Of a stretch of DNA of 49,178 bases, positions 9,116-19,554 are shown piece by piece. The stretch comes from an uncultured Thermococci archaeon. Its GTDB lineage: Archaea; CAYQAE01; CAYVLA01. The notes beneath the pieces are model-generated. The model had not been told where the DNA came from, made no database searches, and saw only the letters and a list, made by a program, of their open reading frames with translations. Made by a program: the position numbers and the translations under genes. The stretch spans positions 1-49,178 of the forward strand of contig CAZJVP010000019.1 of the NCBI GenBank assembly GCA_964549615.1, read 5' to 3'. Every line of letters begins with the position of its first letter. Positions within the stretch are counted from its first letter, which is position 1.

Positions 9116-9769
9116 ATGGTGCCGAAGGATGTGGTGGTTGAGAGGATCGTCGATCTGGGCCTGATATGCGTTGTGAGGCTTCATGACGCAGGTGGGATCG
9201 ACGCGGTCATCGAGGCCCTTCGGGCCGGAGGCGCCAACATCATCGAGATCACGGTGACGGTGCCTGGCGCAGTTGAGCTGATAAGAAGGTACACCGCGGA
9301 GTTCGAGGACTGCCTCTTTGGCTGCGGCACCGTGACCGATGTGGAGACGGCCGTTGGGGCCATGGACGCCGGGGCGGCCTTCATCGTGTCGCCCGTGTTG
9401 CAGGAGGAGGTCGTGTTCGCGGCCCATTCGCGTGGCATCGCAGCAATCCCGGCAGCCATGACTTCCACCGAGGTGTGGCGCGCGTCGGTGATCGGCGCCG
9501 ATGCGATCAAGCTCTTTCCGGCAAGGGTTCTGGGCCCCCGCTATGTCTCGGATCTGCTGGGCCCGCTGCCCGGCTTGAGGATCATCCCCTCCGGCGGGGT
9601 TGGGCCGGACAACGCATCGTCGTTCATCGAGGCGGGTGCTGTGGCCGTTTTTGCTGGCTCCTCGCTTGTGAACGACCGGATCGTCAAGCGGGGCGACTTC
9701 GATGAGATCGAAGGGGTTGCCCGCCAGATGATCTTGGCCGTGTCGCACGGCAAGAGGAGGCGGACCTGA
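9116..9769 (+). CDS. eda: KDPG/KHG aldolase, bacterial type
   Basis: VVRL, IEITVT, GCGTV, GAAFIVSP, TSTEV, IKLFPA (Schiff-base Lys), PSGGV. Confidence 0.92.
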   Translation: MVPKDVVVERIVDLGLICVVRLHDAGGIDAVIEALRAGGANIIEITVTVPGAVELIRRYTAEFEDCLFGCGTVTDVETAVGAMDAGAAFIVSPVLQEEVVFAAHSRGIAAIPAAMTSTEVWRASVIGADAIKLFPARVLGPRYVSDLLGPLPGLRIIPSGGVGPDNASSFIEAGAVAVFAGSSLVNDRIVKRGDFDEIEGVARQMILAVSHGKRRRT

Positions 9770-10737
9770 TGGGCCAGACGAAGGTCGGGGACGTCGTAAC
9801 GATAGGCGAGGCTATGGTCCGGCTAGCGCCCGAGGCGGGCGTAAGACTTGAAGATGCAAGAACGCTGAATGTCCAGGTAGGAGGTGCCGAGTGCAACGTC
9901 GCGGTGGGGCTTGCCGCACTGGGTCGGAAATGCGCCTGGATCTCAAAGCTTCCTGAGAATGAACTGGGGCGGTTGGTCCTCAGGCGCGTCAGGTCCTGCG
10001 GCGTCGACGTGTCCAGGGTCGTGTGGACGAAAGGTGCGCGGTTGGGAACGTATTTCGTCGAGTACGGCAGGAAGCCTAGGCCGACCAAGGTGATCTACGA
10101 CAGGCGGAACTCCGCCGCCAGCCAGCTTACCCCGGAGGAGGTCGATTGGGAGTTCGTCGAGGGTCACAGGATTGTCCATCTTACGGGCATAACGCTCGCC
10201 CTAAGCCCGAGCTGCAGGAGGGTTGTGTCCCAGGCCATGGAGAGGGCAAGGGATGCGGGCACTCAGGTCTCGTTCGACGTCAATTACAGATCGAAGCTCT
10301 GGGGCCGGAAGCGCGCATTCCGATGCCTAGACCAGTTGGTGAAGGGCGTTGATGTGCTGATATCGACGGAGGGGGACGCGCGGTCGGTGTTCGGCCTCGG
10401 GGGGAGCCCTGAGGAGATCGTCGCGCGGCTGCACGACCGGTACGCGTGCCGCGTCACGATCCTGACGCTGGGGGCCGGGGGTGCGTTGGCGCTGAGCGAA
10501 GGGGTGCGTTATAGGGCCTCGGGTCACGATGTCGAGGAAGTGGACAGGATAGGCGCGGGGGATGCCTTCGCGGCAGGCTTCCTCCACGGGTATCTGGACG
10601 GCGACATCCAGCGGGGATTGAATCTGGGTTCCGCGATGGCCGCGATGAAATACACCATCGAGGGCGACTTTCCCGTCGTCACCGAGGCCGAGATCCTGGA
10701 GGTAGCCTCGCGGCATGAAGGCTCGATAAGACGATGA
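9769..10737 (+). CDS. kdgK: 2-keto-3-deoxygluconate kinase, PfkB family
   Basis: GEAMVRL, GGAECNVA, YDRRNSAAS, FDVNYRSKLW, DRIGAGDAFAAG. TGATG coupling to eda. Confidence 0.9.
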   Translation: MGQTKVGDVVTIGEAMVRLAPEAGVRLEDARTLNVQVGGAECNVAVGLAALGRKCAWISKLPENELGRLVLRRVRSCGVDVSRVVWTKGARLGTYFVEYGRKPRPTKVIYDRRNSAASQLTPEEVDWEFVEGHRIVHLTGITLALSPSCRRVVSQAMERARDAGTQVSFDVNYRSKLWGRKRAFRCLDQLVKGVDVLISTEGDARSVFGLGGSPEEIVARLHDRYACRVTILTLGAGGALALSEGVRYRASGHDVEEVDRIGAGDAFAAGFLHGYLDGDIQRGLNLGSAMAAMKYTIEGDFPVVTEAEILEVASRHEGSIRR

Positions 10738-10799
10738 AGTTCGGGTCAGGCAGGCCGATTTGGGAAGCACCTGCGGCTTGTCATTTTCGGCCCAAGACC

Positions 10800-12311
10800 T
10801 CATCCTGGGATCTGCCAGCTGATGCGCTTGACGGCGTCGTAGATGCTCTTGTAGATCTTGAAATGCTCCCGGTATATCTTCACGGATTCCGGGTTCGGTT
10901 GGAACTCATCGACTCGCCTGACCGCAGCGTCAACCCCTTTATCGACATCGGGGTACTGCCCCACCGCTGTGGCGGCAAGGATGGCCGCGCCTAGGCATCC
11001 TGCCTCGGCCACGGCAAGTCGCACGATCTTCTTCTCGAGGATGTCGGCCTTGATCTGGGGCCAGATGCTGGATGTGGCACCCCCTCCTATCGCCCTCAGC
11101 TCCTCAACATGCACCCCACACTTTTCCAACCTGTCGAGGTTCACTTTTGTCTCATAGGTTATTCCGTCTATGATCGCCTTGTAGATCTCGGGCTTGGTTG
11201 TGGATGTTGTCAGGCCGAGGAAGGCTCCCTTGGACCTCGGGTCAAGGTACGGGGTCCCGGTCCCGACGAAGTGAGGCAGGACGTAGACGTTGACGGGCCC
11301 CTTCGCCGCCTCGCGATCCAGAAGCTTGTACGGGTTGATGCCTTCCTCCTTCGCTCTCCTGACCTCGTCCTGCGCAAGGTTGTCCCTGTACCATTTGAGC
11401 ACGGACCCAGCGCCGAAGTGGAAGGCGAGCGTCACGTACATCCCTCGCTTGACATGGCAGTAGCAGGGGAAGTTGGACTCGAGCATCTTCTTAGTCAACA
11501 GCGGCCTTTCCATGGCTGGAGTGACACATTCCACCGTCCCGGTTGAGTCGACCGCTATCTTGGGGCGGACTATTCCGCCGCCCAGCGCGCTGCAAGGCTG
11601 GTCGTGCCCGCCCGTGACCAGCGCCATGCCTCTCGGAAGGCCGAACCGCCTTGCCGTCTTCGAGTCGAGCTCGCCGACGACCTCGCCCGACGGCCTTGCA
11701 TCGGCGAGAAGATCCCGGTCCAGCCGGGCTGCGTCAAGCATGGTGTTGGACCATTGCTTCTTCACGACGTCGAAGGCCATCGTCCTGGATGCGAGCGAGT
11801 AGTCGATCACGGGATCAAGGCCCATCCAGTGGAAGAACATGTCCTCGTAGCAAAGGAACTTCCACGTCTTCTCGAAGATGCGCGGCAGGTTGTCCCGAAT
11901 CCACATTATCTTGCTCAGCGTGGTCATGGGGTGGAGCGGCTGACCCGTGATCGAGTAGATCTTCTCCTTTCCGAGCTCCTTGGCCCACCACTCCGTCTGC
12001 GGGATGGTACGGTTATCGAAGGTCACGATCGAGTTGTGCAGCGCCTTCCCTTCCTTGGAGATCGGGGCAACGGCTTCGCCCTGAACCGATACGCTGAGCG
12101 CCTTGATTTCCCTGGAGCCTTCCCACCTCCCTATCGTTGCGAGCACCTCCCCGGTCCTCTTCCGCACGAGGTTCGAGTCGAGCTCGCGCCAGCCCGGTTT
12201 GGGGTAGACCAGGTCGTATTCCCGGTGAGCCTCGCTGACCGGGTTTCCCTCGAGGTCAAAGACTACCGCCTTCACCATGGTCGTCCCGATGTCAAGGCCT
12301 GCGAAGTACAT
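10800..12311 (-). CDS. FGGY-family carbohydrate kinase (xylulokinase-like)
   Basis: GLDIGTTMVK, SLASRTM, GGHDQPCSALG, STGTVE, GGGATS...QIKADIL. Confidence 0.9.
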   Translation of the reverse strand: MYFAGLDIGTTMVKAVVFDLEGNPVSEAHREYDLVYPKPGWRELDSNLVRKRTGEVLATIGRWEGSREIKALSVSVQGEAVAPISKEGKALHNSIVTFDNRTIPQTEWWAKELGKEKIYSITGQPLHPMTTLSKIMWIRDNLPRIFEKTWKFLCYEDMFFHWMGLDPVIDYSLASRTMAFDVVKKQWSNTMLDAARLDRDLLADARPSGEVVGELDSKTARRFGLPRGMALVTGGHDQPCSALGGGIVRPKIAVDSTGTVECVTPAMERPLLTKKMLESNFPCYCHVKRGMYVTLAFHFGAGSVLKWYRDNLAQDEVRRAKEEGINPYKLLDREAAKGPVNVYVLPHFVGTGTPYLDPRSKGAFLGLTTSTTKPEIYKAIIDGITYETKVNLDRLEKCGVHVEELRAIGGGATSSIWPQIKADILEKKIVRLAVAEAGCLGAAILAATAVGQYPDVDKGVDAAVRRVDEFQPNPESVKIYREHFKIYKSIYDAVKRISWQIPG

Positions 12312-12319
12312 CAGCCCAC

Positions 12320-12931
12320 CTACCATTTCTCATAGTCCTTGTGTTCGTCCTTGTACCCCGCCTGGAGGGCAAGATAGCGAAGCCTGCTGATGCTGTCCAC
12401 AATGCTGACCCACATGTAAGCCTCCTCTAGGATGCTCCCCGTGGCGAATACGCCGTGGGATCTCACCATGACGGCCTTGTAGTTCTTCAGCATGGGCGGG
12501 ACCTTCTCGGCCGCCTCCTTCGCGCCCACGGGCACCTTCAGGTCCAAAACCGGGATCTTATGCATGTGGTAGGCACCCTCGGCATCCACCGCGATGATCT
12601 CCTTCTCAATGAGGGAGAGGACTATCGCGTAGGGTGGATGTGCGTGGATCACCGCAAGCGCGGAGGTATTCTGGTAGATTGCCCGGTGGACGCCGGTTTC
12701 CGTGGAAGCGAGCACGATGCCGCTGTCGTCCTCGTATATCCCGGTTTCGATGACGTCGTTCCTCTTTATGTCGGCCGACATCGATCCCCGGCGCGTTATG
12801 AATATCCTGTCGCCCCTCCTCACGCTCATGTTGCCGCTGTGGGACGTGTTCAGACCGTGGGCGTCCAACATCCTTCCGAACTTGCGGAACTCCTTCCAGA
12901 TCTGGGTCTTCTCCTCCTCGGTCGTCATCAT
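12320..12931 (-). CDS. Class II aldolase/adducin family (fuculose-1-phosphate aldolase-like)
   Basis: HSGNMS, ASTETGVHRAIY, HAHPP, SHGV zinc ligands. AGGTGAT SD. Confidence 0.9.
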   Translation of the reverse strand: MMTTEEEKTQIWKEFRKFGRMLDAHGLNTSHSGNMSVRRGDRIFITRRGSMSADIKRNDVIETGIYEDDSGIVLASTETGVHRAIYQNTSALAVIHAHPPYAIVLSLIEKEIIAVDAEGAYHMHKIPVLDLKVPVGAKEAAEKVPPMLKNYKAVMVRSHGVFATGSILEEAYMWVSIVDSISRLRYLALQAGYKDEHKDYEKW

Positions 12932-13152
12932 GATCACCTTCTCAGCGCTGGGCGCCAAGGTTATATGTTTGCCTCCGCAGAAGATTTCGAAATGCCTGGC
13001 GGCCGAGAAGAAGCAAGGCGGCCCGTGCCACGGAATGAGAAGGCTGTCTTGGGGCGAACCGCTCAGTCCGGGTCCATGCCGTTCCACAAGTCCCCGCCCG
13101 GGCTGCCGGCGGACGCATCGCGCGGCTTATCCCGACCACTCAGCCAGCCGCC

Positions 13153-14070
13153 TTAGCCGCCCTGCTCCAAAAGCTCGTTGATCTCCTTGAATCTTGTCCG
13201 GATGGTGACTTCCGTGACCCCGGCAGCCTCGGCGATTTCCTTCTGGGTCCTCTTCAAGCCTGCCTTGAGGGAGGACATGTACAGGGCCGCGGCCGCAATC
13301 CCCATCGGCCCCTTGCCCGATGCCATGCCCAAGGAGAGGACCTTCCTCAGGGTCTCTATCGCATCCTGCTGGACGGGTCCCGGGATGCCGAGGATGCTGC
13401 CGAAACGCGGGATGTAGTTTATCGGGCTGACGGGGGGAAGGACGATTCCCAACCTTCGGCACACGAACCTGTAACTTCTTCCGATCTCCTTGGCCTCAAG
13501 CTTCGTCGCCTCGGCGATCTCCTCCAGCGTTCGGGGGACCTGGAACTGGCGGCAGATTATGTAGACCACGGCGGCCGAGAGGATCTCGATTGATCTTCCC
13601 CTAGCTAATCCTTCCTCAACCACCCTCCTATAGAGCAGGCTTGCCGCCTCCTTGATGTTCCTCGGGAGGTTGAGAAGGCCGCACATCCTTTCGATGTCGG
13701 CGAGGGCGGTGAGAAGGTGCCTGTCCTTGGACTTCTGCATCTTGCTCCGGGAGTCCCACTTGCGGAGCCTGTAGAACTGGCTCGTCCTTTCCGGGGTGAG
13801 CCTCTTTCCGCCGCTGTCAACGTCCCGTTTGTCGATGACCGACGACAAGCCCTTGTCGTGGAGAACGTAGGTCTGCGGGGCGCCGGCCCTTTCCCTTTCC
13901 TTGCGCTGCTCCGAGTCAAAGGCCCTCCACTCAGGCCCGGCGTCGATGAGCCTATCGGATACGACGTAGCCGCATTTCGAGCAGATGATCTCCCCCCTCA
14001 GCGGATCCTCCTGGAGCTTGTCGCTGCCGCACTCTGGGCAGTAGTCTGCGCTTTCTTCCTCCTCCGACAC
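13153..14070 (-). CDS. tfb: Transcription initiation factor IIB (TFB)
   Basis: CPECGS...CSKCG zinc ribbon, GPEWRAF B-reader, two cyclin folds, TQKEIAEAAGVTEVTIRTR HTH. Confidence 0.97.
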   Translation of the reverse strand: MSEEEESADYCPECGSDKLQEDPLRGEIICSKCGYVVSDRLIDAGPEWRAFDSEQRKERERAGAPQTYVLHDKGLSSVIDKRDVDSGGKRLTPERTSQFYRLRKWDSRSKMQKSKDRHLLTALADIERMCGLLNLPRNIKEAASLLYRRVVEEGLARGRSIEILSAAVVYIICRQFQVPRTLEEIAEATKLEAKEIGRSYRFVCRRLGIVLPPVSPINYIPRFGSILGIPGPVQQDAIETLRKVLSLGMASGKGPMGIAAAALYMSSLKAGLKRTQKEIAEAAGVTEVTIRTRFKEINELLEQGG

Positions 14071-14282
14071 CCCATTTCCTCCTAACGGACGTCGCAGCGA
14101 GCAGAGGCCCGAGCTACCCTTACGGATTAGCCCCTCCCTTAATACTTCTTTCGCATTCCATGCTTGCTTGGATGCCTAAAGACGCGGCCTGAAACGTCAG
14201 TCTCACCGGTTGGCGCGAGGCGCTCACGTAACCGGCTAACTGTTATAAGGCACGGCTCGAACCAAACTGAGAGGATGGGGCT

Positions 14283-15014
14283 TTGTCCGACCAACGCGTT
14301 CTCAAGGATCTGGTCGCGATGTCAAGGAGGGCAGCTAGGCTCGGCTACGCGTGCGCCGGGGAGGGCAACACCTCCGCGCGATCATCGTCAGGCGATTCCT
14401 TCTGGATCAAGAGATCAGGCTGCTCCTTGGAGGACGTTACCAGCAGAGACTTCATCAAGGTCGACATCGAGGGCGCAACGCGCAACTTGGAGAAGGCAGG
14501 CGCGGCGGTGGTCTATGCCGCGAACAGGAAGTATCGGGCCTCGATCGAAGTCGGGATGCACGCGTCGATCTATGCCCACCAGCCCGGGGCCAACTTCATA
14601 CTCCACACGCACCCGCCCCAGGCCCTGGCGGCCTGTTGCGTGGAGAACGTCAAGGACCTCTTCGTTCCGCAGTTCCCGGACTTCGTTGTCTATCTAGGGG
14701 TGCCTGAGAAGAACTGGGTATTCCTCGACTATGCCCCTCCGGGAGCTGGGATCGCTCATTCGCTTACCGCCGCCCTGGGAGGGCTTCGCGCGGACCTGAG
14801 GGTCGTCGTCCTCGCAAAACACGGCGTGATAACCGTGGGTTACAGCGCCAAGGAGGCGATCGGACGGACCGAGCTTCTCGAGAAGGCGAGTTACGTAAGG
14901 CTCATGTCGCTCATGGCTGGGCGGCCAACCTGCCTCACCGAGAAGGAGATAGCGGACCTAGAGCGGATGGAGTCCGAGAAGTACAGGCAGGCCGTGCTCA
15001 AGGGGGAACTCTAG
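14283..15014 (+). CDS. Class II aldolase/adducin family protein
   Basis: GEGNTSAR, ASIEVGMHA, HTHP, KHGV. Confidence 0.88.
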   Translation: MSDQRVLKDLVAMSRRAARLGYACAGEGNTSARSSSGDSFWIKRSGCSLEDVTSRDFIKVDIEGATRNLEKAGAAVVYAANRKYRASIEVGMHASIYAHQPGANFILHTHPPQALAACCVENVKDLFVPQFPDFVVYLGVPEKNWVFLDYAPPGAGIAHSLTAALGGLRADLRVVVLAKHGVITVGYSAKEAIGRTELLEKASYVRLMSLMAGRPTCLTEKEIADLERMESEKYRQAVLKGEL

Positions 15015-15337
15015 GAGGTCATCTTCCAGACGTGCTTGCACTTAGTGCAGGTCAGATAGACCGTCTCCGATTCATCCCCTCCCCTCGTTTGGACGGCGTA
15101 GTAGTAGGCCTCGGTGTTGCCGCACTTCTTGCACGTGACCTTCGTGATCGGGTACGGCACGACCTCGTCCTTCACAACGACAACCTGAGGCTTTTCGTTC
15201 GCCCTCTTGGAAAGCACGTACCTATTCCGTGCAAGCCGGGCGTCCTTGGACCATCCGCAGTTGGGACATGCAAGGACCCTCTTGCCATCGACATCTTTCG
15301 GGGCCAGGAGAGTTCCGCAGTCCGGGCAGAACTCCAT
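15011..15337 (-). CDS. tfs: Transcription factor S (TFS/RpoM family)
   Basis: FCPDCG...CPNCG and CKKCG...CTKC zinc ribbons; QTRGGDE acidic hairpin intact. Confidence 0.95.
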   Translation of the reverse strand: MEFCPDCGTLLAPKDVDGKRVLACPNCGWSKDARLARNRYVLSKRANEKPQVVVVKDEVVPYPITKVTCKKCGNTEAYYYAVQTRGGDESETVYLTCTKCKHVWKMTS

Positions 15338-15643
15338 CGATCTACCTCTTGGCGTAGGTTAGAGACTTGAGTGATAAATAGTCCTTCGGAATCGCGCGCA
15401 CAGCCTGCTTGATCGTTCAGGGCAGAGGGCCGACTGATCCTCGCGGCGGCGCTTGGTCCAGGTTTTGGCTTGCCAGCCCAGCTGCATACTGCGCCGTCGC
15501 GCATTTCCCTCCTCATGGCTCCGCGGTGTCATGCCCACCAGGTTGGGCTTGAGTGGTTCGCACTGGCGAGGGGGATCCTCTCGCGACCCGGAGCACGGTC
15601 TCGTAGGCGGTGAGCCGATCGTAGGTGAGGAGCCAATGAATCC

Positions 15644-16261
15644 TCATACCCTGCCGTAGGATTCGCCCTTGACGACCCCTGACGCTATGATATGTGCCAC
15701 GCGGATTGGCTCGGGAATTAGGCTCCTCGTCGCGGCGATGTCTATTATCGCATGTGCATCTTCGTCCGAAATGCCGAAGGCCTGGAAGTATACGCGTGAC
15801 CTGCCTCGTCCCTGTGCGTAGCGATGCTCCTTCGGCTCTCCGGCGCGGCCGATCCTGCTGAGCTTTTCTCGTGGGTCGGGCAGCCTTTTCAAAGCCTCCC
15901 TGATGGCATCGATATCCGGTTTGGACCGGGTCACCGATATCAACGGCAGGCCTGTTTCATCAAATATGGCTTGGCCATCGATGACGTTGAACCCTCCGAA
16001 GGTCAGGCCGTTGGTCATCGCTACCCTAACTTGCCCCTTGTGGCGCGACCTTGATATCATGCGCACCAGCTGATCCGTCGCGTCATCTCCATCAACGGCG
16101 ATCTGCGTGGTTAGGACGCCTTCGAGCCAGAGACCCCCTCTCAGTATCGCCCCGACCAACATGGCTTTGCCCGGTTGGCCGAATCTGAATGGCCCGTCAT
16201 CGACGCCGAGGATTCTTATCTCCTCTTTGATCTCCCAGAATCTGACGCGTCTTTCATGCAT
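15644..16261 (-). CDS. DUF99/UPF0215 family protein (endonuclease V-like fold)
   Basis: IRILGVDDGPF, VDGDDAT, GLTFGGFNVID, IPEPIRVAHIIASG. Confidence 0.9.
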   Translation of the reverse strand: MHERRVRFWEIKEEIRILGVDDGPFRFGQPGKAMLVGAILRGGLWLEGVLTTQIAVDGDDATDQLVRMISRSRHKGQVRVAMTNGLTFGGFNVIDGQAIFDETGLPLISVTRSKPDIDAIREALKRLPDPREKLSRIGRAGEPKEHRYAQGRGRSRVYFQAFGISDEDAHAIIDIAATRSLIPEPIRVAHIIASGVVKGESYGRV

Positions 16262-16673
16262 CCTGCCGAACCCCCATCGCGTCGAGCATCTTGTCCATGA
16301 GTTGGCTGAGAGCCCGGGCGTATTGTTCGCGGTCGATCCGACGGCCGGGGGAGCTCAAATTGCGCGCGATGAACTCTGCCCCGTCCCCGATCTCGAGAAA
16401 CCCTTTGAGCCAGGCGTACGCGAATATGGCCTCGACTATATCGCCTTTCCGGTGGCTGTCGCTTCGCCTCGGGACGAGGTTCCTGTGTGAGCTGTAGCTC
16501 GCGGCCCTTGCCAGAACGGTGTTTGGGATTCTCCCACCCGTCGGGTCTCCCTTGGCCAGGGAGAGGCTGAGAGAGTAGATCAGGTTCAGCAGCGAATCGC
16601 CGAGCTTGGAGAGGTTCTGGTCGAGCGCTGCCTCCAGAGGCGGCTTTCTCAGGCAGCGGACCAGGTCATCCAT
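16254..16673 (-). CDS. Archaeal ribonuclease III-like protein
   Basis: LSKLGDSLLNLIYSL and KGDIVEAIFAYAWL; usual position downstream of rpoL. Confidence 0.8.
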   Translation of the reverse strand: MDDLVRCLRKPPLEAALDQNLSKLGDSLLNLIYSLSLSLAKGDPTGGRIPNTVLARAASYSSHRNLVPRRSDSHRKGDIVEAIFAYAWLKGFLEIGDGAEFIARNLSSPGRRIDREQYARALSQLMDKMLDAMGVRQDA

Positions 16674-16689
16674 GGATCTGCCTCGGGGT

Positions 16690-16974
16690 TTACCCCAAGG
16701 CCTTCTCAAACTCGGCACGGAGCTCATCACATGTACTTGCCAGCTTCTTGGAGGCGCGCCTGAGCACCGTCGCGGGCTTGGTCTTGGGATCGGTCTCGAT
16801 CTCGAACCGTGGCTTGGTCCTGTGCGTTATCGGGTGCTCGACAGCGTAGGCGACCCTCTTGACCGCAGGGTCCTCGGCCAGTATGCTCCGAAGGAGGTTG
16901 CAGAAGGTGTGGGTCTCTCCAACGATGTAGAACTCCGCATAGTTCTTCTCCGATCTTAGCATCTCTATCTCCAT
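16690..16974 (-). CDS. rpoL: DNA-directed RNA polymerase subunit L (Rpo11)
   Basis: GETHTFCNLLR, AYAVEHP; 94 aa. Confidence 0.95.
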   Translation of the reverse strand: MEIEMLRSEKNYAEFYIVGETHTFCNLLRSILAEDPAVKRVAYAVEHPITHRTKPRFEIETDPKTKPATVLRRASKKLASTCDELRAEFEKALG

Positions 16975-16984
16975 AGCGCTGACC

Positions 16985-17569
16985 TCAGATGGGGCTCATT
17001 CCATACATCGTTGACAACTTCCTGGTCGTGTAGATATCACAAGTCTCACAATACAGCTTCTTCTCCTTGACCACCATTGGGGACCGGCAGTTCGAACATT
17101 TGGACAGGATGACCCCAAGCTCGTCGCCGACCGTGCTCAGGATGATGGGCGATCTCTGGGGGTTGACGACCCTGGCGCGGACGATGTCGCCGACCTGGAA
17201 CTGGTTGGAAAGGTCCCTCACGTAGCCCCTTCTGGCCTGGGATATGTGGATAGCACCCTCAGGTGCGGAGGGGATCTCCCGGTTCTTCTCGCCCTCTATC
17301 GCCACTATCTCGACATGGGCGAACTGGCTCCTGATGAGGCTCACCCTTCCGAGCACGATGTCCCCCCTCGCCGGAAGAGGCGGAAGCCGTGGCGCGGGGA
17401 AGACCGATACCTTCCTGGATCTTGGGTCGAACTGGACCTTTCCGGTCGTGGACGAGTATACGATCCCGCCGTCAACGTATGCGTTCTCTCCTGGCATGAA
17501 CTCCTCCTCCACGCCCAACACGTCCCCGGGCACGACGAAGTCGCCCGTCTCAAGCTTTTTCTGGGCCAT
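16985..17569 (-). CDS. csl4: Exosome complex RNA-binding protein Csl4
   Basis: [17 protein letters not shown]1 domain (GDIVRARV), C-terminal zinc ribbon, RKLS. Confidence 0.95.
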   Translation of the reverse strand: MAQKKLETGDFVVPGDVLGVEEEFMPGENAYVDGGIVYSSTTGKVQFDPRSRKVSVFPAPRLPPLPARGDIVLGRVSLIRSQFAHVEIVAIEGEKNREIPSAPEGAIHISQARRGYVRDLSNQFQVGDIVRARVVNPQRSPIILSTVGDELGVILSKCSNCRSPMVVKEKKLYCETCDIYTTRKLSTMYGMSPI

Positions 17570-18227
17570 TCGATCTCCTCCTCATCAAGAACACTGTGGC
17601 GGCAACGGTGTAAGTTGGCTTCCTGTGGAAGCTGAACTGGTGCGGAACGAGAAGGTCCACATCCATCTTGGCCTCGATCCTGCCACCGATCTCACCGACG
17701 TACGCATATACGAACCTCTCCACCTCAGGGGATCTCTTGTGAAGGGAATACACAGTGGGCGCAAGCTCCAACGCCTTTCTTATGAAAACCCGGTCCGAAT
17801 GCTTCTGCTGAACTCCGAACGGCGGGTTCTGGATCACCGTATCGAGCGCGCCAAGAGTTCGAGCCTCGATCGCACCCACATCGATCTGTCTCAGCTCGAT
17901 CCTGTCGCGGATCGCAAAACCCGACGCCTTCTCCGCTATATTTATGTTTTCCCGGGCCACCTCGAGCGCAACGGGGTCAAGATCAACCCCGCAGACCCTT
18001 CTCGCCCCCGCTAGCGCAGCGCCGATGGAGAGAACCCCGGTTCCACAGCCCAGATCGCAGATCGCACGGTCCTCGATATCTCCGTTCCGCCATGCCCAGA
18101 AAAGCACGTCCGCCGCGGCCCTTGGAGACAGGTCGTACTGCTCAAGCCTCGGGCTCGGGCCAGGGTGTCTGCGCAGGCGGGATAGAGCGATCTCGAGCTT
18201 CTTCCTACGTAATCTCATCGGGGGCAT
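17550..18227 (-). CDS. METTL5-family N6-adenine RNA methyltransferase
   Basis: LEQY, DLGCGTG, NPPFG, YSLHK; sits between dph2 and csl4. Confidence 0.92.
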   Translation of the reverse strand: MPPMRLRRKKLEIALSRLRRHPGPSPRLEQYDLSPRAAADVLFWAWRNGDIEDRAICDLGCGTGVLSIGAALAGARRVCGVDLDPVALEVARENINIAEKASGFAIRDRIELRQIDVGAIEARTLGALDTVIQNPPFGVQQKHSDRVFIRKALELAPTVYSLHKRSPEVERFVYAYVGEIGGRIEAKMDVDLLVPHQFSFHRKPTYTVAATVFLMRRRSNGPEKA

Positions 18228-19209
18228 AGTCCTCCCAGGCCCTCTTTCCAAGCAAGATCTCAAGCTCAGGCGGGGTGAGCGCGGGTCTGTGGAAGAGTTC
18301 CGAATCATCTATGGCGATCCTCGGGCAGGCAAAGTTCACGTAGGCATCGAAGGGGTACACCCTCAGCCTGGATGGGTCGATGTGGTCTGCCGCGATGATC
18401 GCGGAGTCAAGACCTTGGGATGCAAGGATCTGCCTGTACCTGTTGGCTTCCTGGATTCTCCTCTGTCCGGGCTTGGTGGAGACCAAGAGTCCGAAGGACT
18501 TGGCTTCTCTTGCCGCCTGGATGCGGCCGAAGCGCTTTGCAAGCGTCCTTTTCCTGAGGTCCGAGATCGTTCGCAACTCGCCGAGGTACGGATCCACGGC
18601 GTACACTTCCTTTCCCGTTGCCAGAGCTACTCCGAGGGGATGGAAGTTCCCTCCTCCGATGTAGATGAAGGCATCCACCCCGGCCGCGACATCCCTTGCT
18701 GCCCTGAAGTCGCATCCGAGCACCTGGCCGGGCCGTTCGGTCCTGGGCCCAGGCCCGCCCAGATGAACTTCGAATCCCCGGCTGGACAGAAGCCCGGAGA
18801 GGTCAGGGAGTTCATGGGCGTGCTGCAGGGTTGAGACCAGCCCGACCCGTCGAGCCGGGATGGATCCGATCACGGATTCGAGGCACCCTCTAGCCGAGAG
18901 CCTTGAGAAGCAGGGCACGTATATGACCGGCGTTCTTCCGTCCGGAAGAATCCTGGAGTGACCCATATGCACGATGAGGTCGCAGCCAAGGTCGGCCAGC
19001 GAGCCGGACACGTCGCAGGCGCCGAAGCACGGCTCACTGCAAAAGACCGGGATGGCGTGGGTCTCGGCCTCTACCCTCTCCTTGATGAGCGGGACAAACC
19101 TCTTGAGACCATCGGGCATCTGGAAACCCACGAGCTTGGCGCCCCGCCTTTCTATCTCGGCGACGAGCGCGTCGATCTGGAGGTCGTAGTCGGCTTGCTC
19201 TCCCGCCAC
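18205..19209 (-). CDS. dph2: Diphthamide biosynthesis enzyme Dph2
   Basis: [35 protein letters not shown]. Confidence 0.95.
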   Translation of the reverse strand: MAGEQADYDLQIDALVAEIERRGAKLVGFQMPDGLKRFVPLIKERVEAETHAIPVFCSEPCFGACDVSGSLADLGCDLIVHMGHSRILPDGRTPVIYVPCFSRLSARGCLESVIGSIPARRVGLVSTLQHAHELPDLSGLLSSRGFEVHLGGPGPRTERPGQVLGCDFRAARDVAAGVDAFIYIGGGNFHPLGVALATGKEVYAVDPYLGELRTISDLRKRTLAKRFGRIQAAREAKSFGLLVSTKPGQRRIQEANRYRQILASQGLDSAIIAADHIDPSRLRVYPFDAYVNFACPRIAIDDSELFHRPALTPPELEILLGKRAWEDYAPDEIT

Positions 19210-19554
19210 GGCGTTGTGGTTTTCGGGTTTCGATTTTAATGCTTGTGTAGATATGTTGACCGTTTTCAGAATGGCGCCTGTGAGCTAGCGTCGTGTAGCT
19301 CCGCGTAAGGGCTCGAATGTCCTTCTAGCTCTTCAGGGTTCCGCAGACGGTCTCTTGCGGGACTGCTCCACAAGAGCGAGAGCGGCGACCGGAGAATAGG
19401 GGTAATGGCGAAGATCCTGGCGCGGATGGGATGCCTGAAAGTCAGCATGTCTCACGTGCCGCGCGAAGGGGGCGGCTGGCCGAAGTCTCTACGTAGAAGC
19501 TCCCGAGCAGTCAAGCAACGCAAGGTCAAGTTAGAGGCGCGACACTCATGTGCC

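Noticed and set aside
15011-15337. TFS as an inhibitory TFS4-like paralog
   Set aside because: The catalytic DE hairpin is intact and the gene lies in the usual conserved cluster
15338-15647. 300-nt gap between DUF99 and tfs as SRP or RNase P RNA, or the 44-codon ORF 15513-15647 overlapping the DUF99 stop
   Set aside because: No SRP helix-8 or RNase P GAGGAAAGUCC-type motif seen. The small ORF has no recognisable features and may be a remnant.
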